Assembly (NCBI GenBank): GCA_963675595.2 | Contig: CAXXLZ010000002.1 | Coordinates: 416,001-480,000 of the forward strand | Source of the DNA: Thermodesulfobacteriota bacterium | GTDB taxonomy: Bacteria; Desulfobacterota; Desulfarculia; JACQYL01 | Reading direction: 5' to 3' | Length of the DNA: 64,000 nucleotides | Part shown: piece by piece, positions 18,873 through 28,852 of the stretch | Layout: each line of letters begins with the position of its first letter | How positions within the stretch are numbered: the first letter of the stretch is position 1 | The notes under the pieces: model-generated | Seen by the model: the letters and a program-made list of their open reading frames with translations, nothing else | The model's database searches: none | What the model was told of the DNA's origin: nothing | Made by a program: the position numbers and the translations under genes

Positions 18873-19829
18873 ATGAACAAGGCCCACCCCATCCCCTGGT
18901 ACGGTTTCGCCGGACTCGCGGTTCTCTGCGTGTCCCAGTTTCTCATGTACCGGGGAGTGGAACCTTTCCATTCCTGGTTCTATTCCTTCGCGTGGTGGTC
19001 TTATATCCTGATGGCGGACAGCGCGGTGTTCCGCATCAGGGGAACCTCCCTCATTCGCGGTCGCCTGGAGTTTTTCTTCCTCCTCCTGCCTTGGTCCGTC
19101 ACTTGGTGGTTGGTTTTCGAGCTGTTCAATCTGGCTCTCGTGAACTGGCGATATGTGGACCTGCCTCCCGAAACCGCGCTGCGTTGGCCGGGTTACGCTC
19201 TGGCCTACGCCACCGTGCTGCCCGGCGTTCTGGAAACCCGCGACCTGTTGGACGCCCTGATTCCGGGTGGAGGCAAAGCTCCCTCGCACCGAGTCCCTAA
19301 AGATTTGCGGACTATGCCCTATTTCGCCGCGGGTCTGGTGCTCACCGCCGCCGTGTTGATCTTTCCTTCATACGCTTTTTCGTTGGTGTGGGTCGGCCCC
19401 ACACTCATGATCGAGCCCTGGGCCTATCGCCTGGGAGGCCGCTCTCTGTTGCGAGCCCTGGAAACGGAGGGCCCCCGTGCTTTGTGGGTCTTGGCGGCCG
19501 CCGGCATGGTGTGCGGTTTCCTCTGGGAATTCTGGAATTATTGGGCGGGAGCCAAATGGGTTTACACCGTGCCTTTCGTGGGTTTCTGGAAAATCTTCGA
19601 AATGCCCCTCTTGGGATATTTCGGTTTTGCCGCCTTTGCCTTGGAATGCTACGCCGCCGTGGGCCTGATCGAGCGCATCCACGGCCTCGGTCCGAGAGGC
19701 GAAGCCCCCCATCGTTCCGTCACCGCCTTGCTCGGAAGCCTGTGGGTCGGGTTTCTCATGATTCCTTTCTGGGTGCCGTGTTTCTACCTCATTGACACCC
19801 GTACCGTGATCTATTTCGCCGCGCCATGA
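18873..19829 (+). CDS. Conserved polytopic membrane protein, function unknown
   Basis: Multiple hydrophobic segments; motifs FELFN...NWRY and CGFLWEFWNYWAGAKWVY...FEMPLLGY. Stop overlaps the rimO start (ATGA). Confidence 0.75.
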   Translation: MNKAHPIPWYGFAGLAVLCVSQFLMYRGVEPFHSWFYSFAWWSYILMADSAVFRIRGTSLIRGRLEFFFLLLPWSVTWWLVFELFNLALVNWRYVDLPPETALRWPGYALAYATVLPGVLETRDLLDALIPGGGKAPSHRVPKDLRTMPYFAAGLVLTAAVLIFPSYAFSLVWVGPTLMIEPWAYRLGGRSLLRALETEGPRALWVLAAAGMVCGFLWEFWNYWAGAKWVYTVPFVGFWKIFEMPLLGYFGFAAFALECYAAVGLIERIHGLGPRGEAPHRSVTALLGSLWVGFLMIPFWVPCFYLIDTRTVIYFAAP

Positions 19830-21151
19830 AAATCAACGCTCCCCATACCGTATACTTCGTTTCCTTGGGATGTCCCAAGAACCGGGTGGACACGGAAAGA
19901 ATGGCGGCCCGCTTGACGGGTCGAGGTTTTCATCCCGTAACCTCGCCCGACGAGGCGAGCCTGATCCTGGTGAACACCTGCGCCTTCATCGAATCCGCCA
20001 CGGAGGAGTCCCTGGACACCATCCTGGAATTGGCTTCCTACAAGGAATCCGGACGCTGTGACAAGCTCGTGGTCACGGGATGCCTGGTGGGCAGATACGG
20101 TTCGGAACTAAGCAAAAGCCTGCCCGAAGTGGATCTATTCCTGGATACCCGGGAGCTGGATCGAGCTTTGAGAGAATTGGACAAGTTGGGAACGCCTCTT
20201 CCCCGGGCCTCCGAGCCGCCCGCGCGGGACCGGCTCCTTTCCACCCCGCCCCATTTCGCCTACCTGAAGATCGCCGAAGGGTGCGACAACCGATGCACCT
20301 ATTGCATCATTCCCAAACTCAAGGGGCCGTTTCGCAGCGTTCCCATCGACCCGCTGGTGCGGGAAGCGGAAGAATTGGCCCGACGGGGTGTCCGGGAACT
20401 CATCCTGGTGGCCCAGGATACCACTCGATACGGCACGGACCTCTCCGAAGCCTCCGGACCGGCCGAACTGACGGCGCGCCTCTCGAACATCCACGATCTA
20501 CGATGGATTCGCATGCTGTACCTCTATCCGGAGAAGATTTCCGGCGAGCTGTTGGACGTAGTGCACGACCGGGAGAACCTGCTCCCCTATTTCGACCTCC
20601 CCATTCAGCATGTTTCCAGGAACGTACTCAAAGGCATGGGAAGATCCGGTATCTCTCGGAGCGCGGAAGAACTCGTGGAAACCATCCGTCGGCGGATTCC
20701 GGAGGCCGTGATCCGTATGACGGTCATGGTGGGCTTCCCCGGTGAGTCGGACAAGGATTTTCAGGAGCTTTTCGACTTCGTGAATAAAGTCAAGCCCCAA
20801 CACCTGGGCGGATTCCGCTTCCATGCCGAGGAGGGTGTGCCTGCTTCCCGGTTTCCCCACCAGGTCCCGCGGGAAGTGCAGGAGCAACGACTCCAGTGGA
20901 TACTGGAGCTCCAAGCGCAAATCTCCCTACAACACAACAAAAGCCGCATCGGCCACAGGGAGACGGTTCTGGTGGAAGGCCCTTCCGAAGACCGGCCCGG
21001 ATGGATGGAAGGACGCACTTGGCGGCATGCACCGGAAATCGACGGGCTGGTTCTGTTCGAAGGAAAAGCGTCTCCTGGAGACTGGGTGACCGTGGAGATC
21101 ACCGACGCCGATGAGTACGACCTCATGGGACGCCGGTTGGAACCGGCCTGA
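19826..21151 (+). CDS. rimO: Ribosomal protein S12 methylthiotransferase
   Basis: SLGCPKNRVDTE, NTCAFIESA, TGCL, AYLKIAEGCDNRCTYCIIP (radical SAM), APEIDG, C-terminal TRAM domain. Confidence 0.93.
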   Translation: MKINAPHTVYFVSLGCPKNRVDTERMAARLTGRGFHPVTSPDEASLILVNTCAFIESATEESLDTILELASYKESGRCDKLVVTGCLVGRYGSELSKSLPEVDLFLDTRELDRALRELDKLGTPLPRASEPPARDRLLSTPPHFAYLKIAEGCDNRCTYCIIPKLKGPFRSVPIDPLVREAEELARRGVRELILVAQDTTRYGTDLSEASGPAELTARLSNIHDLRWIRMLYLYPEKISGELLDVVHDRENLLPYFDLPIQHVSRNVLKGMGRSGISRSAEELVETIRRRIPEAVIRMTVMVGFPGESDKDFQELFDFVNKVKPQHLGGFRFHAEEGVPASRFPHQVPREVQEQRLQWILELQAQISLQHNKSRIGHRETVLVEGPSEDRPGWMEGRTWRHAPEIDGLVLFEGKASPGDWVTVEITDADEYDLMGRRLEPA

Positions 21152-21695
21152 GCTCTCCGGTTTTGTTTCCGAGATAGGTCCTTCTTATCGTACCGCCTTC
21201 TTCCCTCGTTTCCGCGCTGTTCCGTCCCGCTTCCATCCATCCCACGTCCGTCGGGGAACGCCATAAAGCCCTTTACGCCCGAGGATGACATGGGAAATCC
21301 ACCATGGACTTTGACTCCTCCGCCCGCCGATCCATCCCCGTCGTGATCCCTTTGTCTTTTTCCTCGCTGTAAGACCTCGAAATCTTGTATTCCGAATTGC
21401 ATTTTGATTGAATTTGACCTATGAAACGGGGGATGGTTTTCCGGACATGATTCGGTGCGCGGACTTGTCCAAAAAATGTGTCCCCTGAAAACGGGGTTGC
21501 CGAAAGGCCGGTGGAAGACAATCAGACGCGAAGCGCGCGAATCTCGAGAACCCTTTCGTATTGGCCATACGTTCCCGATTGCGTTTTCGCCGACCTGACG
21601 AATCAAGGATTGTGGGAGTCGCGTTCAGGGCGGGTTCCGGACTCTCGTCGGCGGCCGGCGGCGCGAACCGTCCCTTCAATGAATGGAACCACCCG

Positions 21696-22670
21696 ATGTC
21701 TCAACAGTCGTTCTTCTCCGCCATTGACAAAGATTCGGAAGAGATCAATCATTTCCTCAAGGCGAACCTGGACTCTCACGTACACCTGATTTCTCAGGTG
21801 GGCCAACATATTCTCCTGGGCGGGGGAAAAAGAATCCGCCCGATGCTGTTCGCACAATGCGCCCGACTGGCCGGGTACCGCGGCGACAAGGCGCTCTATT
21901 TCTCCACCTTGTTCGAGTACCTGCACGCCGCCACGCTGTTGCATGACGACGTCATCGACAACGCGGAAATGCGCAGAGGGTCCACGTCCGCCAATGTGCT
22001 GTGGGGAAATTGCGCCGCGGTATTGGTGGGGGACTTTCTCTTCTCCAAGTCGTTTCACCTCGCCGTGGAGATAGGAAATCTTCGTCTCCTCGAGGCCTTG
22101 TCCACCGCCACCAACCGCATGGCGGAGGGCATGATTCTGGAACTGGTGCACTCCTTCGATTTCGATCTGTCCTTCGAAGACTATCTCGAAATCGTCGTAT
22201 CAAAAACGGCCGTACTCATCTCCGCCGCCTGTCGTACGGGAGGTATGATGGGCGACCTGACGCACGAGCAGGAGGACCTCCTGGGCGAATACGGAATGGA
22301 ACTGGGCATCGCCTTTCAAATGGTGGACGACGCCTTGGACTATTGCGTTTCCGAGGAGGAATTCGGCAAGCCCGTGGGCAAGGACGTCTTGGAAGGCAAG
22401 ATCACCCTGCCCCTCATGTATGCCATGGAACGAGCCACGGACGAGGAGCGGGAGCGTATCCGCTATGTGTGCGCCAAAGAGCGAGTGGATTCCCAAAGCT
22501 TTCAGCAAGTGCGGACCATTGTGAATCGATACGAAGGTGTGGAGCATTGCTTGCGGCAGGCCGCCGAGCACACCGATCGGGCCAAGTCCTTCCTCAATGC
22601 CTTTCCGGACGGCGAGGGAAGGGAAATTCTGACGGCAATCGCGAATTTCGTTGTGGAGCGAAGGTTCTAA
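21696..22670 (+). CDS. ispB: Long-chain polyprenyl diphosphate synthase (IspB-like)
   Basis: GGKRIRP, LHDDVID...RRG, VGDFL, KTA, AFQMVDDALD, GKPVGKD..EGKITLP. Start moved to ATG 21696. Confidence 0.85.
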   Translation: MSQQSFFSAIDKDSEEINHFLKANLDSHVHLISQVGQHILLGGGKRIRPMLFAQCARLAGYRGDKALYFSTLFEYLHAATLLHDDVIDNAEMRRGSTSANVLWGNCAAVLVGDFLFSKSFHLAVEIGNLRLLEALSTATNRMAEGMILELVHSFDFDLSFEDYLEIVVSKTAVLISAACRTGGMMGDLTHEQEDLLGEYGMELGIAFQMVDDALDYCVSEEEFGKPVGKDVLEGKITLPLMYAMERATDEERERIRYVCAKERVDSQSFQQVRTIVNRYEGVEHCLRQAAEHTDRAKSFLNAFPDGEGREILTAIANFVVERRF

Positions 22671-22813
22671 AGTCCAATCTAGTGATTACCGTATGCCTTA
22701 GGGTTGCTTTCGAGGCTATACCCTCCGGTCCCCGGTTCTACATTTCGGCGTGACGCCGCCTCATTTGGTGAAACAACCGGGGCAAAACCGAAAAAGGCAT
22801 AAAGGATGGACTC

Positions 22814-23119
22814 ATGAAAACCGACGAAACGCAGGAAAATTGGGTTTGGGTGGCAGTGACGCAATCATCCGACGGGGATTCCCTCCTGGGGTTGGAGGAT
22901 GCCGAAACGGCGGAGCAGTTCATCCCTTACTTTCCTTCCAAGGAAGAAGGGCAGGCCTGCCTTCCGGCCCTGAAGAAAGAACCGGGCAAAACCTACGATG
23001 TGCAGGCCATCCGTTACGAACTGCTCATCGATCAGGCCAAGGATGCGGGCTTCGCCCTGTATCGACTGGACGGTGAGGGACACGTGCTGGAGAAAAATCG
23101 TCCGTCCCACGCTCATTAA
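22814..23119 (+). CDS. Hypothetical protein (101 aa)
   Basis: RBS AGGATGGA before the ATG; acidic, globular-looking sequence; collinear with neighbours. Confidence 0.65.
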   Translation: MKTDETQENWVWVAVTQSSDGDSLLGLEDAETAEQFIPYFPSKEEGQACLPALKKEPGKTYDVQAIRYELLIDQAKDAGFALYRLDGEGHVLEKNRPSHAH

Positions 23120-23130
23120 TAGTATGCTTT

Positions 23131-23211
23131 GGGGAAGACTTTCGAGGAAGTTTTCCCCAAACCCCTTTCAAAGCGACCCATGCGTGCCTCACCGCCTTCG
23201 GCGGAGAGGCT
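23131..23211 (-). repeat. Composite two-hairpin REP-like repeat
   Basis: Reverse complement agcctctccgccgaaggcggtgagg...ggggaaaacttcctcgaaagtcttcccc matches the copy at 28130-28212. Confidence 0.65.
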
Positions 23212-23354
23212 CCCTTGAAGACGAATTTGGAGAAGGGGGGCCGAGCGGAGAGAGTATTCCGGGCTTCAACGCCCCTTTGAACGGATAGGATTCACCCGCG
23301 TGCCCCGGTTGCGAAGCGCAAGCGAGCAACCCGTTCAAGAAGTTTTGGAAGGTG

Positions 23355-23388
23355 GCCGGGGAAACCCTTTTCAAAGGGTTTCCCCGGC
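23355..23388. repeat. REP-like GGGGAAA...TTTCCCC hairpin
   Basis: gccggggaaacccttt tc aaagggtttccccggc, a 16-bp perfect stem. Confidence 0.7.
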
Positions 23389-23431
23389 TCTTTCCTCAAA
23401 ATAACCGTCAGGAAGATGGACACTGATTTTT

Positions 23432-23803
23432 ATGTGGATCTTCGAAAAGATCGCGGAACAAAGAATCCTCGAGGCCATCGAACGGGGTGAGTTGGACGAC
23501 CTTCCCGGACGCGGCGAGCCCATTGTGTACGAGGACGACTCGCGAATCCCGGAAGAGCTCCGCATGGCCTACAAGATTCTCAAGAACGCCAATTGCGTTC
23601 CTCCCGAAGTGTCGGAACTCAAGGAAATCCGACAAACCGAAGACCTGCTTCAAGGCATTCAGGACGAACACGAAAAATACAAGGCCATCAAACGGCTGAA
23701 CTTCCGCATCATGCAGCTCAACGCCCGCCGCAAAGGCCGCGTGGACATGGAGATTCCTCAGCATTATGTGGAAAAGCTGGTGGATAAGGTTGAAAGGAAG
23801 TAG
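23432..23803 (+). CDS. DUF1992 (DnaJ-related) family protein
   Basis: IAEQRILEAIERGELDDLPGRGEP...LRMAYKILKNANCVPPEV. Confidence 0.85.
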   Translation: MWIFEKIAEQRILEAIERGELDDLPGRGEPIVYEDDSRIPEELRMAYKILKNANCVPPEVSELKEIRQTEDLLQGIQDEHEKYKAIKRLNFRIMQLNARRKGRVDMEIPQHYVEKLVDKVERK

Positions 23804-24054
23804 TCCTTCAGATCAAGCCCCCTATTAAACACACCTTTCGCATGCCTCCTACAAGTAGATCGCTACATCCGTTTCCGACCCTTGACAATAGAGCGGCCGT
23901 ATTTCGCCATGTGCTTAGTCACCCACTGGGCAATTGGCATGAATAGAGTCCCTCCCATCTAATCCCGTCTTGTCTGAACTTACCCGACATAAATACCTTT
24001 TCTATTATCAACGACAACTCCAATAGCCTACATGATAGCATATAAATATTTTAT

Positions 24055-24106
24055 TTAGATAAAATAGTTATATTCTATATATAGAATATAACTATTACTT
24101 ATCTAA
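24055..24106. other. AT-rich long palindrome inside a low-GC intergenic patch
   Basis: Perfect 34-bp palindrome aatagttatattctata|tatagaatataactatt (24063-24096), extended by ttagataa / ttatctaa across a 2-nt bulge. Confidence 0.9.
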
Positions 24107-24438
24107 GCAGTATATCGCCTGCATACTTTACTAAATCTAACTAATCCAACATCGTAAGCATAATAACCATACCGCCTAATGTATCCTAACATTATAGATA
24201 TTAGTTGACAGAGCCCATAAGACCTGGCAACTATAAGAATATATCTGCTCCACGAGTTTTGAGGAAAAGCGGAGCCTGTCATAATTTCTGTCTGGCATGA
24301 CAGGGTATATACGTAATTATACCCATAACAAAGCGGGCTGCATACGACCGCCTGCCGGAAAATGATTGGGGATTGTCTCCTGGAGTTCAGCCAATAAGAG
24401 CCATTGAACCATACCTGATCTGCATAGGAGGAAGAGAC

Positions 24439-27117
24439 ATGTGCAGAAGATCCTTCTGGGCGGTTTTTTTGGTTTCAAGTTGTTTGTTATTTTCGTTTTC
24501 AGGACTTGCCCACGCCGACTACCATGGGATATGGAAAGACAACGCCACCGGGAACACACACAATTTCTATATACAGAGCTATTCTACGGGCTCCATGGTG
24601 GTGATTTACACTTTGGATGCCGTAAACTTCTACGCATTCCTTGGTGATTTGTCCGGGACTACCTTCGAACAGGACTCCATGGACCCCCTTCACGCTCTAA
24701 GTCTCAGCATTGACTTTTCATCGTCCACGGAAGCCACGGCCCTGATCACGGACAATACCCTTACCTTCCCCGTTTCCACCCAAGTAGCCATCAATAAGGT
24801 TTTTCCCGCAGTACGCACCCAGCACTCAGGCATCTGGAAGAATACTGCCGCCGGTCTAAACTTGTACATCCAGGACTATACCACCGGTTCCACCGTCATC
24901 GTGTACACATACGATGGAGAGCACTTTCAGGCGTTTCTTTCGAACATGACCGGGACTACCTTCGACTGCCACAACATGGCGGATGGAAGCGAGTTCATGC
25001 AGTGTGAATTCACCGACACCGGGACTGCGGATATCACAATGGGTCCGGAGATGTCCTCCGGGGTACGAAATCTCTCCGCCTCCTTTTCCGGCGAGGTCGT
25101 CAAGTTGTTTCATCCGGATCCATTGGACATCGATTTCGAGGCCGATCCCATTTCCGGAGAGGCGCCTCTCGAGGTGGAATTTACGGACCTGTCTTCGGTC
25201 GACAGACCCTCCGTGCTTTGGAGTTTCGGAGACGGTATCACCAGCACGGACTCGGACCCCACCCACACCTATGATACGCCCGGCAGTTACACGGTAAGCC
25301 TGTTCTGTTCCGACGGCACCGCCGAAACCACCACCATGAAATCCGACTATGTCCTCGTCACGGGTCCCGACTATGTGACCGTGAGCGGCTATGTCACCAC
25401 CGCCGTGGGAGTCGGTCTTGATTTGGTCCAAGTTGCTTTCTCGGGCATAGGCGGCGTACTCACCGACTCGAGCGGCTATTATGCCATGCTCGTGCCTTCC
25501 GGCTGGAGCGGCACAGTCGCACCGAGCAGGTCGGGCTACACCTTCAGCCCGACTTCCCATTCCTTCAGCGGAGTAACGGCCAATCTCACGCACCAGGACT
25601 TCACCGGTACGCCTGAGACCATTCCCGCCTCACCGATCATTTCCGGCACCGTGAACGTCGGAGGACTTCCCTTGGCTGGAGTCGTGGTGACTTTCAGCGG
25701 TCTCGGCAGCACGGTAACCAACAGTCTTGGAGTCTATGGCGTGATGGTTCCTTCCGGGTGGTCCGGAACGGTGACTCCGTCCTCCGCAGGCTATACGTTT
25801 ACCCCTGCGTCCAGGTCCTACGTCGCCGCCGCTTCGGACCAAACCAACCAGGACTATACGGCATCCGCCGCATCAGCCTCGGTAACCGTTTCGGGTCGCG
25901 TAAGCTGGGCCGGCTCCGGTATTTCGGACGTCACCATGACCTTCAGCAACGGCGGAGGCTCCACCGTCACCGACGCCGACGGATACTACACTCACACGGT
26001 TGATTACGGCTGGTCCGGCACCCTCACGCCTTCCAAGACCGGCATGGTCTTCGACCCCACTTCCCGATCCTATACCGGCATCACTTCGGATCAGACGGAT
26101 CAGGACTACTATCTCATCTCGCTGCCACGCTCCATTTCGGGCCGCGTCAGCTGGGGCGGCTCCGGTATTTCCGGCGTCACCATGTCCTTCAGCAACGGCG
26201 GAGGCTCCACCGTCACCGACTCGGGCGGTTATTATAGTCACACGCTGGATTACGGATGGTCCGGAACCGTCACACCCTCCAAAACCGGCATGGTCTTCGA
26301 CCCCACTTCCCGATCCTATACCGGCATCACTTCGGATCAGACGGATCAGGACTACTATCTCATCTCGCTGCCACGCTCCATTTCGGGCCGCGTCAGCTGG
26401 GGCGGCTCCGGTATTTCCGGCGTCACCATGTCCTTCAGCAACGGCGGAGGCTCCACCGTCACCGACTCGGGCGGTTATTATAGTCACACGCTGGATTACG
26501 GATGGTCCGGAACCGTCACACCCTCCAAAACCGGCATGGTCTTCGACCCCACTTCCCGATCCTATACCGGCATCACTTCGGATCAAACGAATCAGGACTA
26601 CTATCTCATCTCGCTGCCACGCTCTATTTCGGGCCGCGTCAGCTGGGGCGGCTCAGGTATTTCCGGCGTCACCATGTCCTTCAGCAACGGCGGAGGTTCC
26701 ACCGTCACCGACTCGGGCGGTTATTACAGTCACACGGTGGATTACGGATGGTCCGGAACCGTCACACCCTCCAAGACCGGCATGGTCTTCGACCCCACTT
26801 CCCGATCCTATACCGGCATCACTTCGGATCAAACGAATCAGGACTACTATCTCATCTCCCTGCCACGCTCCATTTCGGGCCGCGTCAGCTGGGGCGGCTC
26901 AGGTATTTCCGGCGTCACCATGTCCTTCAGCAACGGCGGAGGCTCCACCGTCACCGATTCGGACGGTTACTACAGTCACACGGTGGATTACGGATGGTCC
27001 GGAACCGTCACGCCCTCCAAAACCGGCATGGTCTTCGACCCCACTTCCCGATCCTATACCGGCATCACTTCGGATCAAACGAATCAGGACTATATTCTTA
27101 TCGGTTTGGAATCTTGA
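24439..27117 (+). CDS. Secreted surface protein: two N-terminal GIWK domains, a PKD domain and seven carboxypeptidase-regulatory/Cna-B-like repeats
   Basis: AGGAGG RBS then signal peptide MCRRSFWAVFLVSSCLLFSFSGLAHA. GIWK at 24526 and 24829. PKD motif WSFGDG...PTHTY..PGSYTVSL. Repeats ISGRV...GVTMSFS...TD..GYY...GWSGTVTPSK.G..F.P. Confidence 0.85.
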   Translation: MCRRSFWAVFLVSSCLLFSFSGLAHADYHGIWKDNATGNTHNFYIQSYSTGSMVVIYTLDAVNFYAFLGDLSGTTFEQDSMDPLHALSLSIDFSSSTEATALITDNTLTFPVSTQVAINKVFPAVRTQHSGIWKNTAAGLNLYIQDYTTGSTVIVYTYDGEHFQAFLSNMTGTTFDCHNMADGSEFMQCEFTDTGTADITMGPEMSSGVRNLSASFSGEVVKLFHPDPLDIDFEADPISGEAPLEVEFTDLSSVDRPSVLWSFGDGITSTDSDPTHTYDTPGSYTVSLFCSDGTAETTTMKSDYVLVTGPDYVTVSGYVTTAVGVGLDLVQVAFSGIGGVLTDSSGYYAMLVPSGWSGTVAPSRSGYTFSPTSHSFSGVTANLTHQDFTGTPETIPASPIISGTVNVGGLPLAGVVVTFSGLGSTVTNSLGVYGVMVPSGWSGTVTPSSAGYTFTPASRSYVAAASDQTNQDYTASAASASVTVSGRVSWAGSGISDVTMTFSNGGGSTVTDADGYYTHTVDYGWSGTLTPSKTGMVFDPTSRSYTGITSDQTDQDYYLISLPRSISGRVSWGGSGISGVTMSFSNGGGSTVTDSGGYYSHTLDYGWSGTVTPSKTGMVFDPTSRSYTGITSDQTDQDYYLISLPRSISGRVSWGGSGISGVTMSFSNGGGSTVTDSGGYYSHTLDYGWSGTVTPSKTGMVFDPTSRSYTGITSDQTNQDYYLISLPRSISGRVSWGGSGISGVTMSFSNGGGSTVTDSGGYYSHTVDYGWSGTVTPSKTGMVFDPTSRSYTGITSDQTNQDYYLISLPRSISGRVSWGGSGISGVTMSFSNGGGSTVTDSDGYYSHTVDYGWSGTVTPSKTGMVFDPTSRSYTGITSDQTNQDYILIGLES
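25885..27114 (+). repeat. Five tandem 246-bp (82-aa) intragenic repeats
   Basis: Unit starts at 25885, 26131, 26377, 26623 and 26869. The last four are near-identical in DNA. Two more diverged units precede them. Confidence 0.95.
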
Positions 27118-27413
27118 GCCCGATTTGGTCCTTATCCGCCGACGCCTGCTTGCCGGCAACAGGAATGGGAAGCGTGTCTTGAATTCAGCTCTCCACAATC
27201 GACGATACCGATGACGTTTGACGCACCCCCCGATACGCTGCCCGTCGGCACAACAAGCCGCCGGGCAGTCAGACCGCGTATCGTTGCGATGTTTTCCGCA
27301 CGAATCTAGCCGAACACATGATTGGGCCGTTCACGTAAACGCCCGTACCCTCGGCTGCCGGACAAGTCTTCAAGACGGTGTCCGTAAATTTCCAGGCCAT
27401 CGGACCCAAAACG

Positions 27414-27500
27414 CCAAAAGGGGTTGCCCTCATAAGGCATCCCCTTTTGGCCATCCGGCAGTCCCAACGGGACTCGAACCCCTGCCCTTGCCGTGACAGG
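27414..27500 (-). repeat. Displaced tRNA-Glu 3' fragment plus terminator (att-like direct repeat)
   Basis: ggcagtcccaacgggactcgaaccc (27457-27481) is identical to 28854-28878, with degenerate similarity to ~27500. The hairpin at 27414-27450 resembles the tRNA terminator. Confidence 0.8.
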
Positions 27501-27767
27501 CTACCATCCCGCCCGTCTTAGAGTGAAGATAGTCTCATAATATTAGTCGGTTAAACAGATTACCAAACCGGAAAGGCGCAATTTCGTTGCAACAAATCCC
27601 GGTTCCGCGTCGGTTTGGAAATGCTGTTCACCATTTCTGTACCGGTCATGAAGTCGGTCAATCGGCCTTTCGCTTTCTTGAGAGTTTGCTTCTTTCCGAA
27701 ATCATGATTTAATTTGAAGGAACACAAACCGTCGCGCGGTGGACTTGGACGGCGGGAAGAAGTGAAC

Positions 27768-27998
27768 ATGAGGAACTATCGCGAGGCAATGAGTCCCGAC
27801 GGTATCAGGTGTAAAGATTGCCCCCGGCGCCGGCAATCACATCCGATGGAGCCATTGGCTCCGCCCCCGGAACTCAAATGCACGTTCGGCATGGATGATC
27901 CGTTGCGAGACCGCGCGTTTCTGCAATGGCCGACCGTTTCCACGACCGGCGCCTGTAGCGCGGCAGGGGCGTTCTTATTCACCAGGCCGCCCGGGTAA
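27768..27998 (+). CDS. Small Cys-containing hypothetical protein
   Basis: 76 aa with CKDC...C...WPTV....AC spacing; lies inside the tRNA-bounded segment; weak RBS. Confidence 0.35.
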   Translation: MRNYREAMSPDGIRCKDCPRRRQSHPMEPLAPPPELKCTFGMDDPLRDRAFLQWPTVSTTGACSAAGAFLFTRPPG

Positions 27999-28129
27999 CA
28001 ATGTCCCCCAGTACCTCTTGTGTCGCCTCCGTTCCCCCGGCACGTGAGGAACCCGAGCTTAGGAAGGTTCTACCGACTCAGGATAGGTAAGAGATCATCG
28101 ATGTTTTGAGGTAACCTGATGTCTTCCTC

Positions 28130-28212
28130 AGCCTCTCCGCCGCAGGCGGTGAGGCCTGTTCGGAACATTTTGGATGGGGCGCGGGGAAACCTTTTTTAAA
28201 AGTTTTCCCCGC
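28130..28212 (+). repeat. Composite two-hairpin REP-like repeat
   Basis: agcctctccgccgcaggcggtgagg...gcggggaaaccttttttaaaagttttccccgc; homologous to 23131-23211. Confidence 0.65.
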
Positions 28213-28263
28213 TTACCCCGTGAATACACACGCCGGGGCGGATTGACAGGGAGGGAGGAAGAA

Positions 28264-28530
28264 GTGAGCGTCACGGAAGAAGAACGCCTTCTTGAGGCTA
28301 AAATCAGATTTCATGCCGAAAAGATCAATGCCGTCCGCCTGCGACAAGAGCGGGTATTGTGCCGACTCGCCGTGGACATGATCAAGCTCTTCCAGCAATA
28401 TCAGATGGTCACCGGGAAGAACGTGGATGAACAGATCAAGCCCTACAGGGAGTTCGTCGATGGTGTGATTAAACGGCACGCCGCCGAGGCGGGGAAGAGG
28501 TCGGCGCCCCCAGGGGAGATGCTGCACTGA
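28264..28530 (+). CDS. Hypothetical helical protein (88 aa)
   Basis: Strong GGAGGAGG RBS before GTG 28264; amphipathic helical sequence. Confidence 0.55.
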   Translation: MSVTEEERLLEAKIRFHAEKINAVRLRQERVLCRLAVDMIKLFQQYQMVTGKNVDEQIKPYREFVDGVIKRHAAEAGKRSAPPGEMLH

Positions 28531-28814
28531 TCCTGCGGTCGGAATGCCATCGCTTCCGTGTAACTCATTGATTTTTCAACCACCGCCGCATGATACCGAA
28601 TAAACTGCTCTACCGGCCTACGCAGGCTTCGTCCCGCTGAAAAGTGACGAGGCCGAACCACGGAATCCCTCCGCCGATTCATGGGATGGGAGGATCGTCG
28701 GAGATACGTGAATGCGTACGAAGTAACGGCAAAGATCAGACCGGAGCAATCGGCAGGACTTCGCGGAGAAAAAATAAAACAGCCTGATCCCTTCTGCATC
28801 ATCGGGTTCAAAAC

Positions 28815-28846
28815 AAAGGGGCTGCCTTCGCAGGCAACCCCTTTTT
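28815..28846 (-). terminator. Terminator downstream of tRNA-Glu
   Basis: aaaggggctgcct tcgc aggcaacccctttt hairpin with A/T flanks. Confidence 0.7.
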
Positions 28847-28852
28847 CAAATT

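Noticed and set aside
21152-21695. Long rimO-ispB intergenic region as a possible ncRNA or extended ispB N-terminus
   Set aside because: I recognised no RNA family motif, and the upstream in-frame extension (21561) is not prenyltransferase-like.
25885-27114. Regular repeat array considered as a possible CRISPR
   Set aside because: The units are 246 bp, contiguous, in frame and lack unique spacers; no cas genes in the window. The alternative-frame repeat ORFs (26000-27214, 25873-26586) are by-products.
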